Assembly: GCA_023383035.1 (NCBI GenBank)
Contig: JAHDYE010000002.1
Location: forward strand, 1 to 57,643
Direction of reading: 5' to 3'
DNA: 57,643 nucleotides
Source of the DNA: Burkholderiaceae bacterium
Lineage (GTDB): Bacteria; Pseudomonadota; Gammaproteobacteria; Burkholderiales; Burkholderiaceae_E
Position numbers and translations under genes: made by a program. Position 1 is the stretch's first letter. Each line of letters starts with the position of its first letter. Positions 18,363-28,417 of the stretch are shown one piece after another. The notes under the pieces were generated by a model, which made no database searches, was not told the origin of the DNA, and saw nothing but the letters and a program-made list of their open reading frames with translations.

Positions 18363-20483
18363 ATGATCGAGCCGATCGTGACTGTCGTCCGTGACGGCGA
18401 TATCGCCGTCATTCGCGTCGACAGCCCGCCGGTCAACACCATCAACGCGGCGGTGCGTGCCGGTCTCCTCGATGCGGTCGGCACGCTCGCGGCCCGGGCC
18501 GACGTCAAGGCTGCCGTACTGGCCTGCGCTGGCGGCACCTTCTTTTCGGGCGCCGACATCGGCGAGTTCGCCGGGCCGCCGAAGGAAGAGGAATACCGCA
18601 GACTGTTCAACGAAATCGAGAACCTGCCGTTCCCGGTCGTGGCAGCGATGCACGGCACGGTGATGGGCGGCGGGCTGGAAATCGCGCTCGCCTGCCACTA
18701 TCGGGTAGCCGCACCGAAGACGCGATTCGCGCTGCCGGAGGTCACGCTCGGCATCATTCCGGGTGCAGGAGGCACGCAGCGCATGCCACGCCTGATCGGC
18801 GTCGCCCACACGCTCGAGATGGTGGTGAGCGGCAAGCCTGTCGATACCAGGACCGGCCTGGAGTACGGCTTCATCGACCATATCTGCGACGGCGACGTGT
18901 CGGCGGCCGCGACCGCGTTCGCACGCAGATTGGTTGCAGACGGAAACGGGCCGCGTCGCACGCGCGACATGCGGGTCGATCCGGCAAGTGCGACCGGGGA
19001 GATCGTCGCACGCTTCACCGTCGAGGCTGACGAGCAGTACCCGAATCGCCGCGCCGCACATACCGCGATCCAGGCCGTAGCCGCGGCGGCGCGTCTGCCC
19101 TTCGACGAGGGGCTGGAGTACGAGACCGCGCTGGTCAATGGCGCCAAAGCGACCACTGAATCGAAGGCTCTCGTGCACATGTTCTTCGCCGAGCGCGAAA
19201 CCCGGAAGGTGTCCGATATCCCGGCCGATGCAAAGCCGCGCGCAATCGGGCGTGCGGCGATTGTCGGTGCCGGCACCATGGGCGGAGGCATCGCGATCTG
19301 CTTCGCCAATGCCGGCATGCCGGTGACGTTGCTCGATGCGAGCCGGGAAGGACTCGATCGAGGCCTTGCCGCGATCGACAAGACCTACGAGTCGATGGTG
19401 GCACGCGGGCGATTGACCGCGCAAGCCAAGCGCGAGCGCATGGCGCTGATCACCGGCGCTCTCGACTATGCGGCAATCGCCGAGGCGGACGTGATCATCG
19501 AGGCGGTGTTCGAGAACCTCGCCCTGAAGCGGGAGATATTCGGCAAGCTCGACGCAGTTGCCAAGCCCGGCGCGGTGCTCGCGACCAACACATCGACGCT
19601 GGACATCGACGCGATCGCGGCTGCGGTCAGGCGCCCCGCCGATGTGGTCGGACTGCACTTCTTCTCTCCGGCGAACGTGATGCCGCTACTCGAGGTGGTG
19701 CGAACGAAGGACACCTCGCCGGAAGTGATCCGTACCGCCCTCGAGCTGGCGCGGCCGCTGCGCAAGACGCCAGTGCTGGCACGAGTGTGCTACGGCTTCA
19801 TCGGTAACCGCATGATGGAAGGTTATGGGCGCGAGGCGCAGCGCATGGTGCTCGAGGGCGCCACGCCGCGCCAGGTAGACGCTGCGCTCGAGAAATGGGG
19901 CATGGCGATGGGCATCCTGGCCGTGTTCGACATGGCTGGCATCGAGGTTGGCGTCAACGTGCACAAGTCGAACGCCGACAAATATCCTCCCGACCCGGCC
20001 TACTACCAGGCGGATTTCGCGCTGTACGAGGCGGGGCGGCTGGGCCAGAAGAACGGCAGGGGCTACTACCGGTACGAGGGTCGCAAGCGGCTGGACGACC
20101 CGGAGGCGATCGGCATCCTGCGCGCACGTGCAGCGCACCTGAACGTCGAGCAGGGCGTGCACTCCGAGGAGGAGATCGTCGAACGCTGCGTGTACCCGCT
20201 GATCAACGAAGGCTTCCGGATCCTCGAGGAAGGCGTCGCGATGCGGGCGGGTGATATCGACGTGGTCTGGACGTCGGGCTACGGGTTTCCGCGCTACCGC
20301 GGAGGACCCATGTTCCACGCCACGGCCATGGGCCTCGAGACACTGCTGGCCGGCATCATGAAGTACCGGGAGCGCTTCGGACCGATGCACTGGGAGCCGG
20401 CTCCGCTGCTCGTCAGACTGGTGCGCGAAGGGCGGACCCTGGCCGACTGGGAGAAGGCGCGCGTATCCGGAAGGGCCGAATGA
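18363..20483 (+). CDS. Bifunctional enoyl-CoA hydratase/3-hydroxyacyl-CoA dehydrogenase (FadB/PimF-like)
   Basis: FFSGADI, GGGLEIA, LPEV; GAGTMGGGIA, EAVFE, TNTS, GLHFFSPA, GFIGNR; GAGGAG RBS before ATG 18363. Confidence 0.93.
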   Translation: MIEPIVTVVRDGDIAVIRVDSPPVNTINAAVRAGLLDAVGTLAARADVKAAVLACAGGTFFSGADIGEFAGPPKEEEYRRLFNEIENLPFPVVAAMHGTVMGGGLEIALACHYRVAAPKTRFALPEVTLGIIPGAGGTQRMPRLIGVAHTLEMVVSGKPVDTRTGLEYGFIDHICDGDVSAAATAFARRLVADGNGPRRTRDMRVDPASATGEIVARFTVEADEQYPNRRAAHTAIQAVAAAARLPFDEGLEYETALVNGAKATTESKALVHMFFAERETRKVSDIPADAKPRAIGRAAIVGAGTMGGGIAICFANAGMPVTLLDASREGLDRGLAAIDKTYESMVARGRLTAQAKRERMALITGALDYAAIAEADVIIEAVFENLALKREIFGKLDAVAKPGAVLATNTSTLDIDAIAAAVRRPADVVGLHFFSPANVMPLLEVVRTKDTSPEVIRTALELARPLRKTPVLARVCYGFIGNRMMEGYGREAQRMVLEGATPRQVDAALEKWGMAMGILAVFDMAGIEVGVNVHKSNADKYPPDPAYYQADFALYEAGRLGQKNGRGYYRYEGRKRLDDPEAIGILRARAAHLNVEQGVHSEEEIVERCVYPLINEGFRILEEGVAMRAGDIDVVWTSGYGFPRYRGGPMFHATAMGLETLLAGIMKYRERFGPMHWEPAPLLVRLVREGRTLADWEKARVSGRAE

Positions 20484-20704
20484 TGCACGATCATCCCAGA
20501 CCGTTGACATCGACGGTGAGCGCTCCGCGCACTTCGGCGTCGGGGCGCTGCCCCGAATGCGGCGGCGGCACGCTCGCGTCGTACCGCGTGATGAGCGAGG
20601 GCGGCTGGTGGAGCGTCATCAAGTGCCAGGAATGCCTGGCGAGCATCGCACGCGAGGCGGCGCCGATGTTCGGCGCCTTCACGCCGTTCGGAGCTCCGGA
20701 ATGA
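20480..20704 (+). CDS. Small zinc-ribbon protein (CxxC...CxxC), probable partner of the hydantoinase/oxoprolinase
   Basis: CPECG...EGGWWSVIKCQECL; 4-nt start/stop overlaps with both neighbours. Confidence 0.75.
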   Translation: MMHDHPRPLTSTVSAPRTSASGRCPECGGGTLASYRVMSEGGWWSVIKCQECLASIAREAAPMFGAFTPFGAPE

Positions 20705-22737
20705 GCGCATCGCTGTTCGGCGTCGATGTCGGGGGGACGTTCACCGACGTGGTGGCGGTGCGTGACGGCGTGGTCCGGGTGACCAAGGTGCCGAGCGTGG
20801 GCGCCAATCCGGAGCAGGCGGTGCTGGAAGGGGCACGTCGGCTGGGAGTGTCGGATACGGTGGTCTTCAACCACGCCAGCACCGTGGGCCTGAACGCCGT
20901 GCTCACGCGCAGCCTGCCGAAGGTCGGCTTCCTGACGACCGAGGGCCATCGCGACATGCTCGATGGCGGCCGGGCATGGCGTCCTTGGGGGGTGCAGCTG
21001 AATCCGCGCTGGCGCCGGCCTTTCGGCGACGCCGCCAGGCCGATCGTGCGGCGTTATCTGCGCCGCGGCGTCCGGGAGCGCATCCTGGCCGGCGGTGAAG
21101 TGCTGATCCCGCTCGACGAGCGGCAGGCCCTCGATCAGCTCGAACTGCTGCGTCGCTGCGACATCCAGGGCGTGGCGATCTGCCTGCTCAACAGCTACGC
21201 GAATCCGGTGCACGAGCAGCGGCTGGCGGAACTGGCGCGTGAGGTGCTGGGGTCGAACGTGGCGATCTCGATCAGTTCGCAGGTCGGACCGCGCGCGAAG
21301 GAGTACCCGCGCGCATCGACCACCGTTGTCGACGTCCTGATGAAGCTGATCTACGGGGACTACGCGCGCACGCTCCATGGCGGGCTTGGCGGCTTGGGCT
21401 TCGCAGGCCGACTCAACTTCGCTGATTGCACGGCGTCGTTGATTCCCTGGCAGCAGGCACTCGAGAGCCCGCACCGCATCCTGTTCGCGGGGCCGGCGGC
21501 CGGCACCGCGTCCTGCCTCGAGCTGGGCAAGGCCATCGGCGACACCAACCTGATCGGCTGCGACGTGGGTGGAACGTCGACCGACGTTTCCATGGTCGTC
21601 GGCGACGCGCCGTTCGTCAACGACAGCTTCGAGATCGAGTGGGACCTGGTCGTCAACACGCTGTCGACCGAGGTTTCGAGCGTCGGTGCGGGGGGCGGAT
21701 CGATCGTGGCAGTCTCGGGATCGGGGGACATCACGGTCGGGCCGGACAGCGCGGGCGCGGTGCCGGGTGCGGCCTGCTACGGCCGCGGCGGCACGCTGCC
21801 CACGGTCACCGATGCCTGCCTGCTGATGGGCATTCTGGACCCGAGCGGATTCGCCGATGGACAACTCGAGCTCGATGTCGGTGCCTCGCGCCGTGCGTTC
21901 GAGAGTCTCGACTGCGCCCTGCCATTCGAGCAACGCGTCGCGTTCGCCTGGAAGGTGGCGCTGAACAATATCGCCGAAGAGATCATCGACGTGGCGATCC
22001 GCCACGGCACGGATCTACGCGATTTCAGCCTGGTCGCGTTCGGTGCCGCCGGGCCGATGCTGCTCGCCGGGGCTCTGGAACTCACCGGCGCACGCCGGGT
22101 GATCGTCCCGCCGCATCCCGGCCTGTTCTCGGCGCTGGGTCTTCTGTCGACCGATCTCGTCTACGCCGATAGTCGCAGCCGCTACCTGATGCTGACTCCC
22201 GATAACGCCGCGGAGATCGGCACGTTGCTGGCGGACATGGAGTCGGCGTTGCGTGGGCGGCTCGAACCGGGCACCGAGGTCGTCGTCCAGCGCAGCTTCG
22301 ACGGGCGGTTGCTCGGCCAGACCTGGGAAACGCCGTTCGTCGAGATCCCCGACGGCGCGGTGACGCCCGAGGCCGTGGCCGGGTTGATCGAGCGCTTCCA
22401 TCTCGAGTACGAGCGTCGCAACGGGCAGACGTTTCGCGACATCCCGTTGCAGGGCGTGACCTGGCGCGTGCGGCTGGTGGCGCAGTCGACCAAGTTCCGC
22501 TGGACCGAGATCGCGCCGCAACGACAGGACCCGCAGCCGGTGGCGATGCGCGTGCTCAGCCACCTTGCCGAGGCGCCGGTCGAGGCGCCGGTATTCCAGC
22601 GGGCCGGGCTCGGATACGGCGCGCGCATCGCCGGGCCTGCGATCGTGCAGGAGCCGCTGGCGACGATTCTGGTGGCACCCGGCCAGTCCGCGACGGTGGG
22701 GCGCTTCGGCGAGGTCGTGATCGAGAGGTCGACATGA
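20701..22737 (+). CDS. Hydantoinase/oxoprolinase family subunit A (ATP-binding)
   Basis: GVDVGGTFTD, HASTVGLNA, GPAAG, DVGGTSTDVS, GAGGGSI, GPDSAGAVPG, FGAAG. Confidence 0.92.
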   Translation: MSASLFGVDVGGTFTDVVAVRDGVVRVTKVPSVGANPEQAVLEGARRLGVSDTVVFNHASTVGLNAVLTRSLPKVGFLTTEGHRDMLDGGRAWRPWGVQLNPRWRRPFGDAARPIVRRYLRRGVRERILAGGEVLIPLDERQALDQLELLRRCDIQGVAICLLNSYANPVHEQRLAELAREVLGSNVAISISSQVGPRAKEYPRASTTVVDVLMKLIYGDYARTLHGGLGGLGFAGRLNFADCTASLIPWQQALESPHRILFAGPAAGTASCLELGKAIGDTNLIGCDVGGTSTDVSMVVGDAPFVNDSFEIEWDLVVNTLSTEVSSVGAGGGSIVAVSGSGDITVGPDSAGAVPGAACYGRGGTLPTVTDACLLMGILDPSGFADGQLELDVGASRRAFESLDCALPFEQRVAFAWKVALNNIAEEIIDVAIRHGTDLRDFSLVAFGAAGPMLLAGALELTGARRVIVPPHPGLFSALGLLSTDLVYADSRSRYLMLTPDNAAEIGTLLADMESALRGRLEPGTEVVVQRSFDGRLLGQTWETPFVEIPDGAVTPEAVAGLIERFHLEYERRNGQTFRDIPLQGVTWRVRLVAQSTKFRWTEIAPQRQDPQPVAMRVLSHLAEAPVEAPVFQRAGLGYGARIAGPAIVQEPLATILVAPGQSATVGRFGEVVIERST

Positions 22738-24659
22738 ACACGGTGCGGCTGCGTGACCTCGACGATTCGGCGTTCCGCGCCCTCTACAACTGCGGGCGTT
22801 TCGATGCGACGGTGCTGGGCAACCGGTTCGCCTACATCCTCGAGCATTTCTGTTCCAAGCTGCTTGCCTGCGCGTTCTCGCCGGTGCTGCGGGATTTCTA
22901 CGACTTCGCCGCCACCTTGACCGGGCCCCCGGAGATCCAGTATCCGACTCCTGCAGTCTCCCGCTCGTTCATGATGTTCACCGGAACGATGACCGAATCG
23001 GTGCGCAACACGATCGAGGAATACGGCGCCGCCAGACTCGAACCGGGCGATGTGATCATCGCCAATGATCCATACCGTACCGGCACGCATGTCAACGACC
23101 TGCTGTTCATCCGGCCCGTCTTTCACGGTGGGCGGCTCTCGGGTTTCGTCAATCTCAAGGCCCATCAGCTCGACATGGGCGGCTCGGTTCCGGGCGGATT
23201 CTCGACGACCAAGGTCAGTGTCTACGAGAATGGCCTCGTGCTGTCGCCCCGCGCGCTGATGCGCGCTGGCAAGCCGGTGACGGAGACGTGGACGCTGATC
23301 TTCGACAACGTCCGTTTCGGCGCGCTGCTGCGACGCGACATGCAGACGATCATCGCGTGTCTGGATCTTGGCGAGCGACAGCTTCTCGAGAGCATGGACC
23401 GCTATGGGCGCGCTGCCGTGCTGGGCGCGATGCGCTACGTATGCGACGCAGATGCCGAGCGGATGGCCGATGCACTGGCCGCCCTGCCGGACGGCGATTG
23501 GCACGGAGCGGCACTGCTCGACTGCGACGGCATGGACGATGGCGAGGAATACCCCGTGCGCTGCGCGATCCGCAAGCGCGGCAGCCGCATCGAAGTCGAT
23601 ACGAGCGGAACGGCACGGCAGGCACGTACGTCGATCAACGGCACTTACCTCGACACCAAGACGATGGTAGGCATCGCGCTGAAGTTCCTGCTCGATCCCG
23701 ATGGGCCGTTCACGAGCGGCTGCTACCGACATGTCGACATCGTGATACCCGATGGTGCAATCCTGTCGGCGCTGCCGCCCGAAGGGGTGGTGTTCGCGTA
23801 TGGCGAATCGACCAATGCGCTGCTCACGGCGATGTTCGCGGCACTGGCCGCGCCACTGGGTCCGAGCGCGGTCGCCGGAGACACCGGAGCGCCGAACCTG
23901 CACAGCGCGCACGCAGCGGGTCCGCATGCATTCCCGTGGGTCTCGATCGGCGTGGCCGGTGGCGAGAATGGCCCATGGGGCGCGACTTCGGCCGGCGATG
24001 GCGACAGCTTCTCGGTCTTCATGGCGGCCAATACGCTCGCGCGTTCGGTCGAAGCGTCGGAGGCGGAGAGCCCGGTGGCCATCATGCGCATCGAGTACAT
24101 CCCCGACAGTGCGGGGCCGGGGCGCCATCGCGGCGGGGCGGCGGTGCTGAAGGACTCCTTGTGGCGCGCGCCGGCCGTGCACAATCTGTTCACGTTGAGG
24201 TTCAAGCAACCTACCGGCATCGGCGTGCACGGCGGGCGCGACGGCATCACCGGTGGTGTGTGGCTGTGGCCGGCCGCCGACGGGAAGCCCGCGCAGCTGC
24301 CCAACGATGAATGGGCCACTGCGCAAGGCGTGGCTGGTCGAATCGATCCTCGGACGAACCGTCCGGATCCGGCGGCGCCGTGGGTCTACTTCGGTCGGCA
24401 GAAGGTCTGGCGCACGGAACCGGGCGCCACGTTCCGCTATCTGACCAACGGCGGCGGTGGCTGGGGAAATCCGCTGGCGCGCGATCCCGCACGAGTACTG
24501 ACAGACGTCCGTGACGGCTACGTCTCGGTCGCGGGCGCGGCACGCGACTATGCCGTGGTCGTGCTCGGTGATCCGGAACGCGATCCGGAGGCCCTGACGA
24601 TCGACGCGGCGGCAACGGCGTCGTTGCGCGCGCAACGATCGGGCATGGGGGCGCCGTGA
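22734..24659 (+). CDS. Hydantoinase B/oxoprolinase family subunit
   Basis: NDPYRTGTHVND, HQLDMGG, DSAGPGRHRGG, GGGGWGNP, DVRDGYVS. Confidence 0.92.
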   Translation: MNTVRLRDLDDSAFRALYNCGRFDATVLGNRFAYILEHFCSKLLACAFSPVLRDFYDFAATLTGPPEIQYPTPAVSRSFMMFTGTMTESVRNTIEEYGAARLEPGDVIIANDPYRTGTHVNDLLFIRPVFHGGRLSGFVNLKAHQLDMGGSVPGGFSTTKVSVYENGLVLSPRALMRAGKPVTETWTLIFDNVRFGALLRRDMQTIIACLDLGERQLLESMDRYGRAAVLGAMRYVCDADAERMADALAALPDGDWHGAALLDCDGMDDGEEYPVRCAIRKRGSRIEVDTSGTARQARTSINGTYLDTKTMVGIALKFLLDPDGPFTSGCYRHVDIVIPDGAILSALPPEGVVFAYGESTNALLTAMFAALAAPLGPSAVAGDTGAPNLHSAHAAGPHAFPWVSIGVAGGENGPWGATSAGDGDSFSVFMAANTLARSVEASEAESPVAIMRIEYIPDSAGPGRHRGGAAVLKDSLWRAPAVHNLFTLRFKQPTGIGVHGGRDGITGGVWLWPAADGKPAQLPNDEWATAQGVAGRIDPRTNRPDPAAPWVYFGRQKVWRTEPGATFRYLTNGGGGWGNPLARDPARVLTDVRDGYVSVAGAARDYAVVVLGDPERDPEALTIDAAATASLRAQRSGMGAP

Positions 24660-24724
24660 CCTGAGCCATCGCCGGCCGCCCGATGTCGGGTGCGAGACGA
24701 AAGATAAAACCGATAGGGGGGACC

Positions 24725-25921
24725 ATGTCGACCATCGAGCGTGCACGAGGCCGCATCGTTCTGATCGTTGCCCATCTGGCGGGAATGATCGATCTCGTGG
24801 CACTGCCCCTCTGGGTCGGCGCCCTGATGTCTCACTACGGGCTGGATGCGCAGCATGCCGGGGCCCTCGTGACCGCGTTCCTGGTCGGCGTGGTTGTCGC
24901 GAGTCTGGGGTTCGCATCCCGCTTCGAGCGGTTGTCGGCCCGCTTCTGGGCGCCGGCTGGCTACTTCCTCGCCTGCCTTGCATTCGTCGGCCTGGCCTTC
25001 GCCAGAGACGAACGCGCCATGGCGGTGCTGCATGCGGCCGGCGGGCTCGCCGTCGGCTGCGGCCTGTCCTTCGTGCATGGCACGATCGGCCGTAGCGCCA
25101 ATCCGCATCGGCTCTGGGCGATCGTCGGCCTCGCGCTGGGCGTGTTCGCGATCGTGGTGCTCGGTGGCGCGCCCCTGCTCGTTCATGAGTTCGGCGGACC
25201 AGCGCTGTTCGTGATGTTCGCGCTGGTGATGGGCGCGGCAGCGTTGGCCACCGCGATCCATTTCCCGCTTTCCGCGCCGGCTTCGGGCTCGTCCGGAGTT
25301 GACGACGGGCGAACAGGCGGATCCGGTGCCTCCGTGCCGTTGTCGGCAGGTCTGCGCTGGGCCGTGGCCGGCGTGGTTTGCCTGACCATCACGCAGTCGA
25401 TGATGTTCAGCTTCGTCGAACGCATCGGCGCCGTAAGGGAGTTCGGCGTGGAACGAGTCGTCGGCGTACTGATCGCGATCGGCGCCGTCAATCTGTTCCC
25501 GTCCGCACTCGCCGGGTTGTTGCAGTACCGGTTGCCTGCGCCGAAAGTGGCGGTCGCCGGACCCGCCGTGCAGGCGTTGCTCGCATCGACGATCGCCTGG
25601 TCATCGACGTTCGCGCCGTATGCCGTGGCGACCAGCTTCCTTTCGTTCGTAACGATCTTCACTCACACTTTCGTCTTCGGAATGATCGCGCGCCTCGATC
25701 CCTCGGGACGTGCCGTAGCGCTCACGCCGGCGATGCTGATGACCGGCTCGGCGGTCGGGCCGATCCTCGGGGGCACGCTGGTCGTCCATTTCGGCTACCG
25801 GAGCCTGGGTCTTGCGGCAGTGGCGATCGCGACGATCGGCGTGATCGCGTTCGCCCGTCTGGGCGCGGCTGCGCGGGGATCGATGCGGGCCCGCAGCGTA
25901 TCGAGCGCGGGCGCACCGTAG
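24725..25921 (+). CDS. MFS transporter
   Basis: About 12 hydrophobic segments, ARLDPSGRA motif; start 24683 or 24725. Confidence 0.85.
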   Translation: MSTIERARGRIVLIVAHLAGMIDLVALPLWVGALMSHYGLDAQHAGALVTAFLVGVVVASLGFASRFERLSARFWAPAGYFLACLAFVGLAFARDERAMAVLHAAGGLAVGCGLSFVHGTIGRSANPHRLWAIVGLALGVFAIVVLGGAPLLVHEFGGPALFVMFALVMGAAALATAIHFPLSAPASGSSGVDDGRTGGSGASVPLSAGLRWAVAGVVCLTITQSMMFSFVERIGAVREFGVERVVGVLIAIGAVNLFPSALAGLLQYRLPAPKVAVAGPAVQALLASTIAWSSTFAPYAVATSFLSFVTIFTHTFVFGMIARLDPSGRAVALTPAMLMTGSAVGPILGGTLVVHFGYRSLGLAAVAIATIGVIAFARLGAAARGSMRARSVSSAGAP

Positions 25922-25960
25922 CGCCGGGCCGACTTCGCTCACCGCACGCAGGATTCGCCG

Positions 25961-27127
25961 ATGCCACGTCTGCCGCATTGCGACCTGCTCGACGGCTTGC
26001 GTGTCATCGACCTGACAGGCCGGCACGCCGCGTACTGTTCGCGCCTGCTGGTCGATCTCGGAGCATCGGTGATCCGGGTGGTTCGGCCCGGGACGCAGCC
26101 TCCGCATGGCGGCAGCGGCGCGTTCCGTTATTCGAACGCCGGCAAGGCATGCATCACGCTCGACATCTCGCAGCCGAAGGGCCGCGAGATCCTGTCGAAA
26201 ATGGCCGGGCGTGCCGACGCGATGGTCGAGAGCTTCCCGCCCGGATATCTCGACGCGCACGGCCTGTCCTTCGAGGCACTTGCCGCCGTCAATCCGGGCC
26301 TGATCCTGGTGTCGTTGACCGGTTTCGGACAGACCGGCCCGAATCGGCATCATCGATCCTGCGGTCTCGTCGATGCGGCATGCGGCGGCCAGATGTCGGT
26401 GTGCGGACCGGCGTCGGGCGCGCCGCTCGCGCCTCCGGCAGGCACTTCGTCGCATGCGACGTCCCTGTATGGCGCGATCGGGTTGTTGCTGGCGCTGGCG
26501 CGCAGGCGCATCAGCGGCAAAGGCGAGCACGTCGACATCTCGACGCAGGAAGTGGTTGCGTCGATGCTCGATCACGTGCTGGTGCGCTATCTGTACGACG
26601 GAATCGTGGCTGAAAGGCAGGGCGCCGTGTCATGGAATCGGATGTCGTTCATTCTCCCCTGCCGTGATGGCCATATCCAGGTGAACATCGCGGCCCAATG
26701 GGAGGTGCTGGTGGAATGGATGGCGAGCGAAGGCATGGCCGAAGATCTCGTCGACGAGAAGTGGCGCGACGAAAACCGCAGGTTCGAGGGAATCGATCAC
26801 GTCATCGGCGTCCTCCGCCGCTGGACGCGTACCCACGCCGTCGACGAATTGTTCCATGCCGCGCAGGCCCTGCGATTCCCGTGGGCACCCGTCCAGACCG
26901 CGCAGGACGTGCGGGATTGCCCGCAACTGGCGGCAAGAGGTTGCTTCGCCGGTGCGGCGCGGCCGGCCGATGCGTTCCCGGGCATGCCGTGCCGCTTCGA
27001 CGACGCGCCGGTCGGTGCGCCGCCCCGCCTCGCGTCGGCCGGCGAAGATAACCTGCGGATCTACTGCGACGAGCTCGGCATCCCCGCCGACGAACTCGAT
27101 CGTCTGCGCGCCGCGAAGGTGATCTGA
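25961..27127 (+). CDS. Family III CoA-transferase, BbsE-like subunit apparently lacking the catalytic Asp
   Basis: LDGLRVIDL, NAGKACITLD, GFGQTGP, GEHVDIS; Asp site reads AGTSSHATS. Confidence 0.85.
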   Translation: MPRLPHCDLLDGLRVIDLTGRHAAYCSRLLVDLGASVIRVVRPGTQPPHGGSGAFRYSNAGKACITLDISQPKGREILSKMAGRADAMVESFPPGYLDAHGLSFEALAAVNPGLILVSLTGFGQTGPNRHHRSCGLVDAACGGQMSVCGPASGAPLAPPAGTSSHATSLYGAIGLLLALARRRISGKGEHVDISTQEVVASMLDHVLVRYLYDGIVAERQGAVSWNRMSFILPCRDGHIQVNIAAQWEVLVEWMASEGMAEDLVDEKWRDENRRFEGIDHVIGVLRRWTRTHAVDELFHAAQALRFPWAPVQTAQDVRDCPQLAARGCFAGAARPADAFPGMPCRFDDAPVGAPPRLASAGEDNLRIYCDELGIPADELDRLRAAKVI

Positions 27128-28317
27128 TGGTCGCGCTGCCTCTGCAAGGTGTGCGTGTGCTCGATTTCAGCTGGGTGCTCGCAGGTCCTTATGCGAGCCG
27201 CATCCTTGGCGACTTCGGCGCCGAGATCATCAAGGTGCAGTCCGCCCGCATCGCGAACGGCACCGAGTCCAATCGCGGCGCGTGGTTCGACATGTGGAAC
27301 CGGAACAAGCGCAGCATCGCCCTGGATATGACTCATGCCGAGGCGTGCGACATCGCGTTCCGGTTGGCCGCCGGGTGCGATGTGCTGCTGGAGAACTTCT
27401 CGCCGCGCGTCATGGCCAACTGGGGGCTCACCTACGACCGGTTGCGCGAGGCGAATCCCCGCTTGATCATGGTCAGCGCGTCGGCGATGGGCAAGACCGG
27501 CCCATGGCGCGACTACGTCGCATTCGGCCCTGCGTTGCACGCACTGTCCGGATTCGCGTGCCAGGTATCGGAGCCGGACACGAATCAGCCGCTGGACGTC
27601 GGATACGCCCATGGCGATCACGTCGTCGGACTGTTCGCCGCACTCGCCGTACTGGCGGCGCTGGAGGCGCGCAGCGCGAGCGGCCGCGGCCGGTACGTCG
27701 ATCTCTCGGGATACGAGGCGATGTGCACATTGACGGTGCCGACGCTGTTCGACCCCGGCGTCGATGTCGCTGCCGGATACCCGCACGACGGCAACTGCGA
27801 AGTTCCGGATGCGGCGCCGTCAGGCTGCTATCGCTGTTCGGGCGAGGAGAGCTGGTGCACGATTTCCGTGTCGACCGAATCGCACTGGCGAGGGTTGTGC
27901 AACGCGATGGGCCGCGCGGACTGGTTCCATCGTGATACGTTGTTCGACCTCGCAGGCCGGCGCCGGAACGCTGCCGAACTCGACGCGGCGATCAGTCGCT
28001 GGACCGCCGTGCGTGCCGCCGGGGAGGTCGAAGCGCTGCTGCAGGCTGCTGGCGTGCCCGCGGCGAAGGTGCGTAACGCGCGCGACCTGGTCGAGGATCC
28101 GCATCTCATCGCCCGCGGCTTCTTCCGTACGGTCGAGCATCCGCTGCGCGGGCGCCTGCTCGCGGAGCGTTCTCCTGTCCGGTTCGTTCATGAACCGGTC
28201 GACGTCTGGTCGGCGGCGCCGCAACTGGGCGCCGATACCCGTGACGTGCTGCGCGACCTGCTCGGCATGGACGATGCCGAGATCGCACGATTGCAGGAGT
28301 CGGGCGTCCTGGCTTGA
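27127..28317 (+). CDS. Family III CoA-transferase, BbsF-like catalytic subunit
   Basis: VLDFSWVLAGP, NRNKRSIALD, ENFSPRVM, AHGD (catalytic Asp); TGATG overlap with the upstream gene. Confidence 0.87.
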   Translation: MVALPLQGVRVLDFSWVLAGPYASRILGDFGAEIIKVQSARIANGTESNRGAWFDMWNRNKRSIALDMTHAEACDIAFRLAAGCDVLLENFSPRVMANWGLTYDRLREANPRLIMVSASAMGKTGPWRDYVAFGPALHALSGFACQVSEPDTNQPLDVGYAHGDHVVGLFAALAVLAALEARSASGRGRYVDLSGYEAMCTLTVPTLFDPGVDVAAGYPHDGNCEVPDAAPSGCYRCSGEESWCTISVSTESHWRGLCNAMGRADWFHRDTLFDLAGRRRNAAELDAAISRWTAVRAAGEVEALLQAAGVPAAKVRNARDLVEDPHLIARGFFRTVEHPLRGRLLAERSPVRFVHEPVDVWSAAPQLGADTRDVLRDLLGMDDAEIARLQESGVLA

Positions 28318-28368
28318 TATCGGCCCGACCTGCGGCGAAGCGATCGCGGGCGGCTTCCCTTCATTTGA

Positions 28369-28383
28369 ATTATGATTCATAAT
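28369..28383. promoter_or_regulatory. Perfect palindromic operator ATTATG-ATT-CATAAT
   Basis: Intergenic, upstream of the fused CoA-transferase/CaiB/glmE unit. Confidence 0.8.
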
Positions 28384-28417
28384 CAATTCCGGAGAAGCGG
28401 GATCGATCAGTGTGAAC

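Noticed and set aside
22182-24983. Very long antisense and alternate-frame ORFs (933 aa here; 764-776 aa at 44-56 kb)
   Set aside because: Expected in high-GC coding DNA; no recognisable motifs, and they lie opposite or across well-supported genes.
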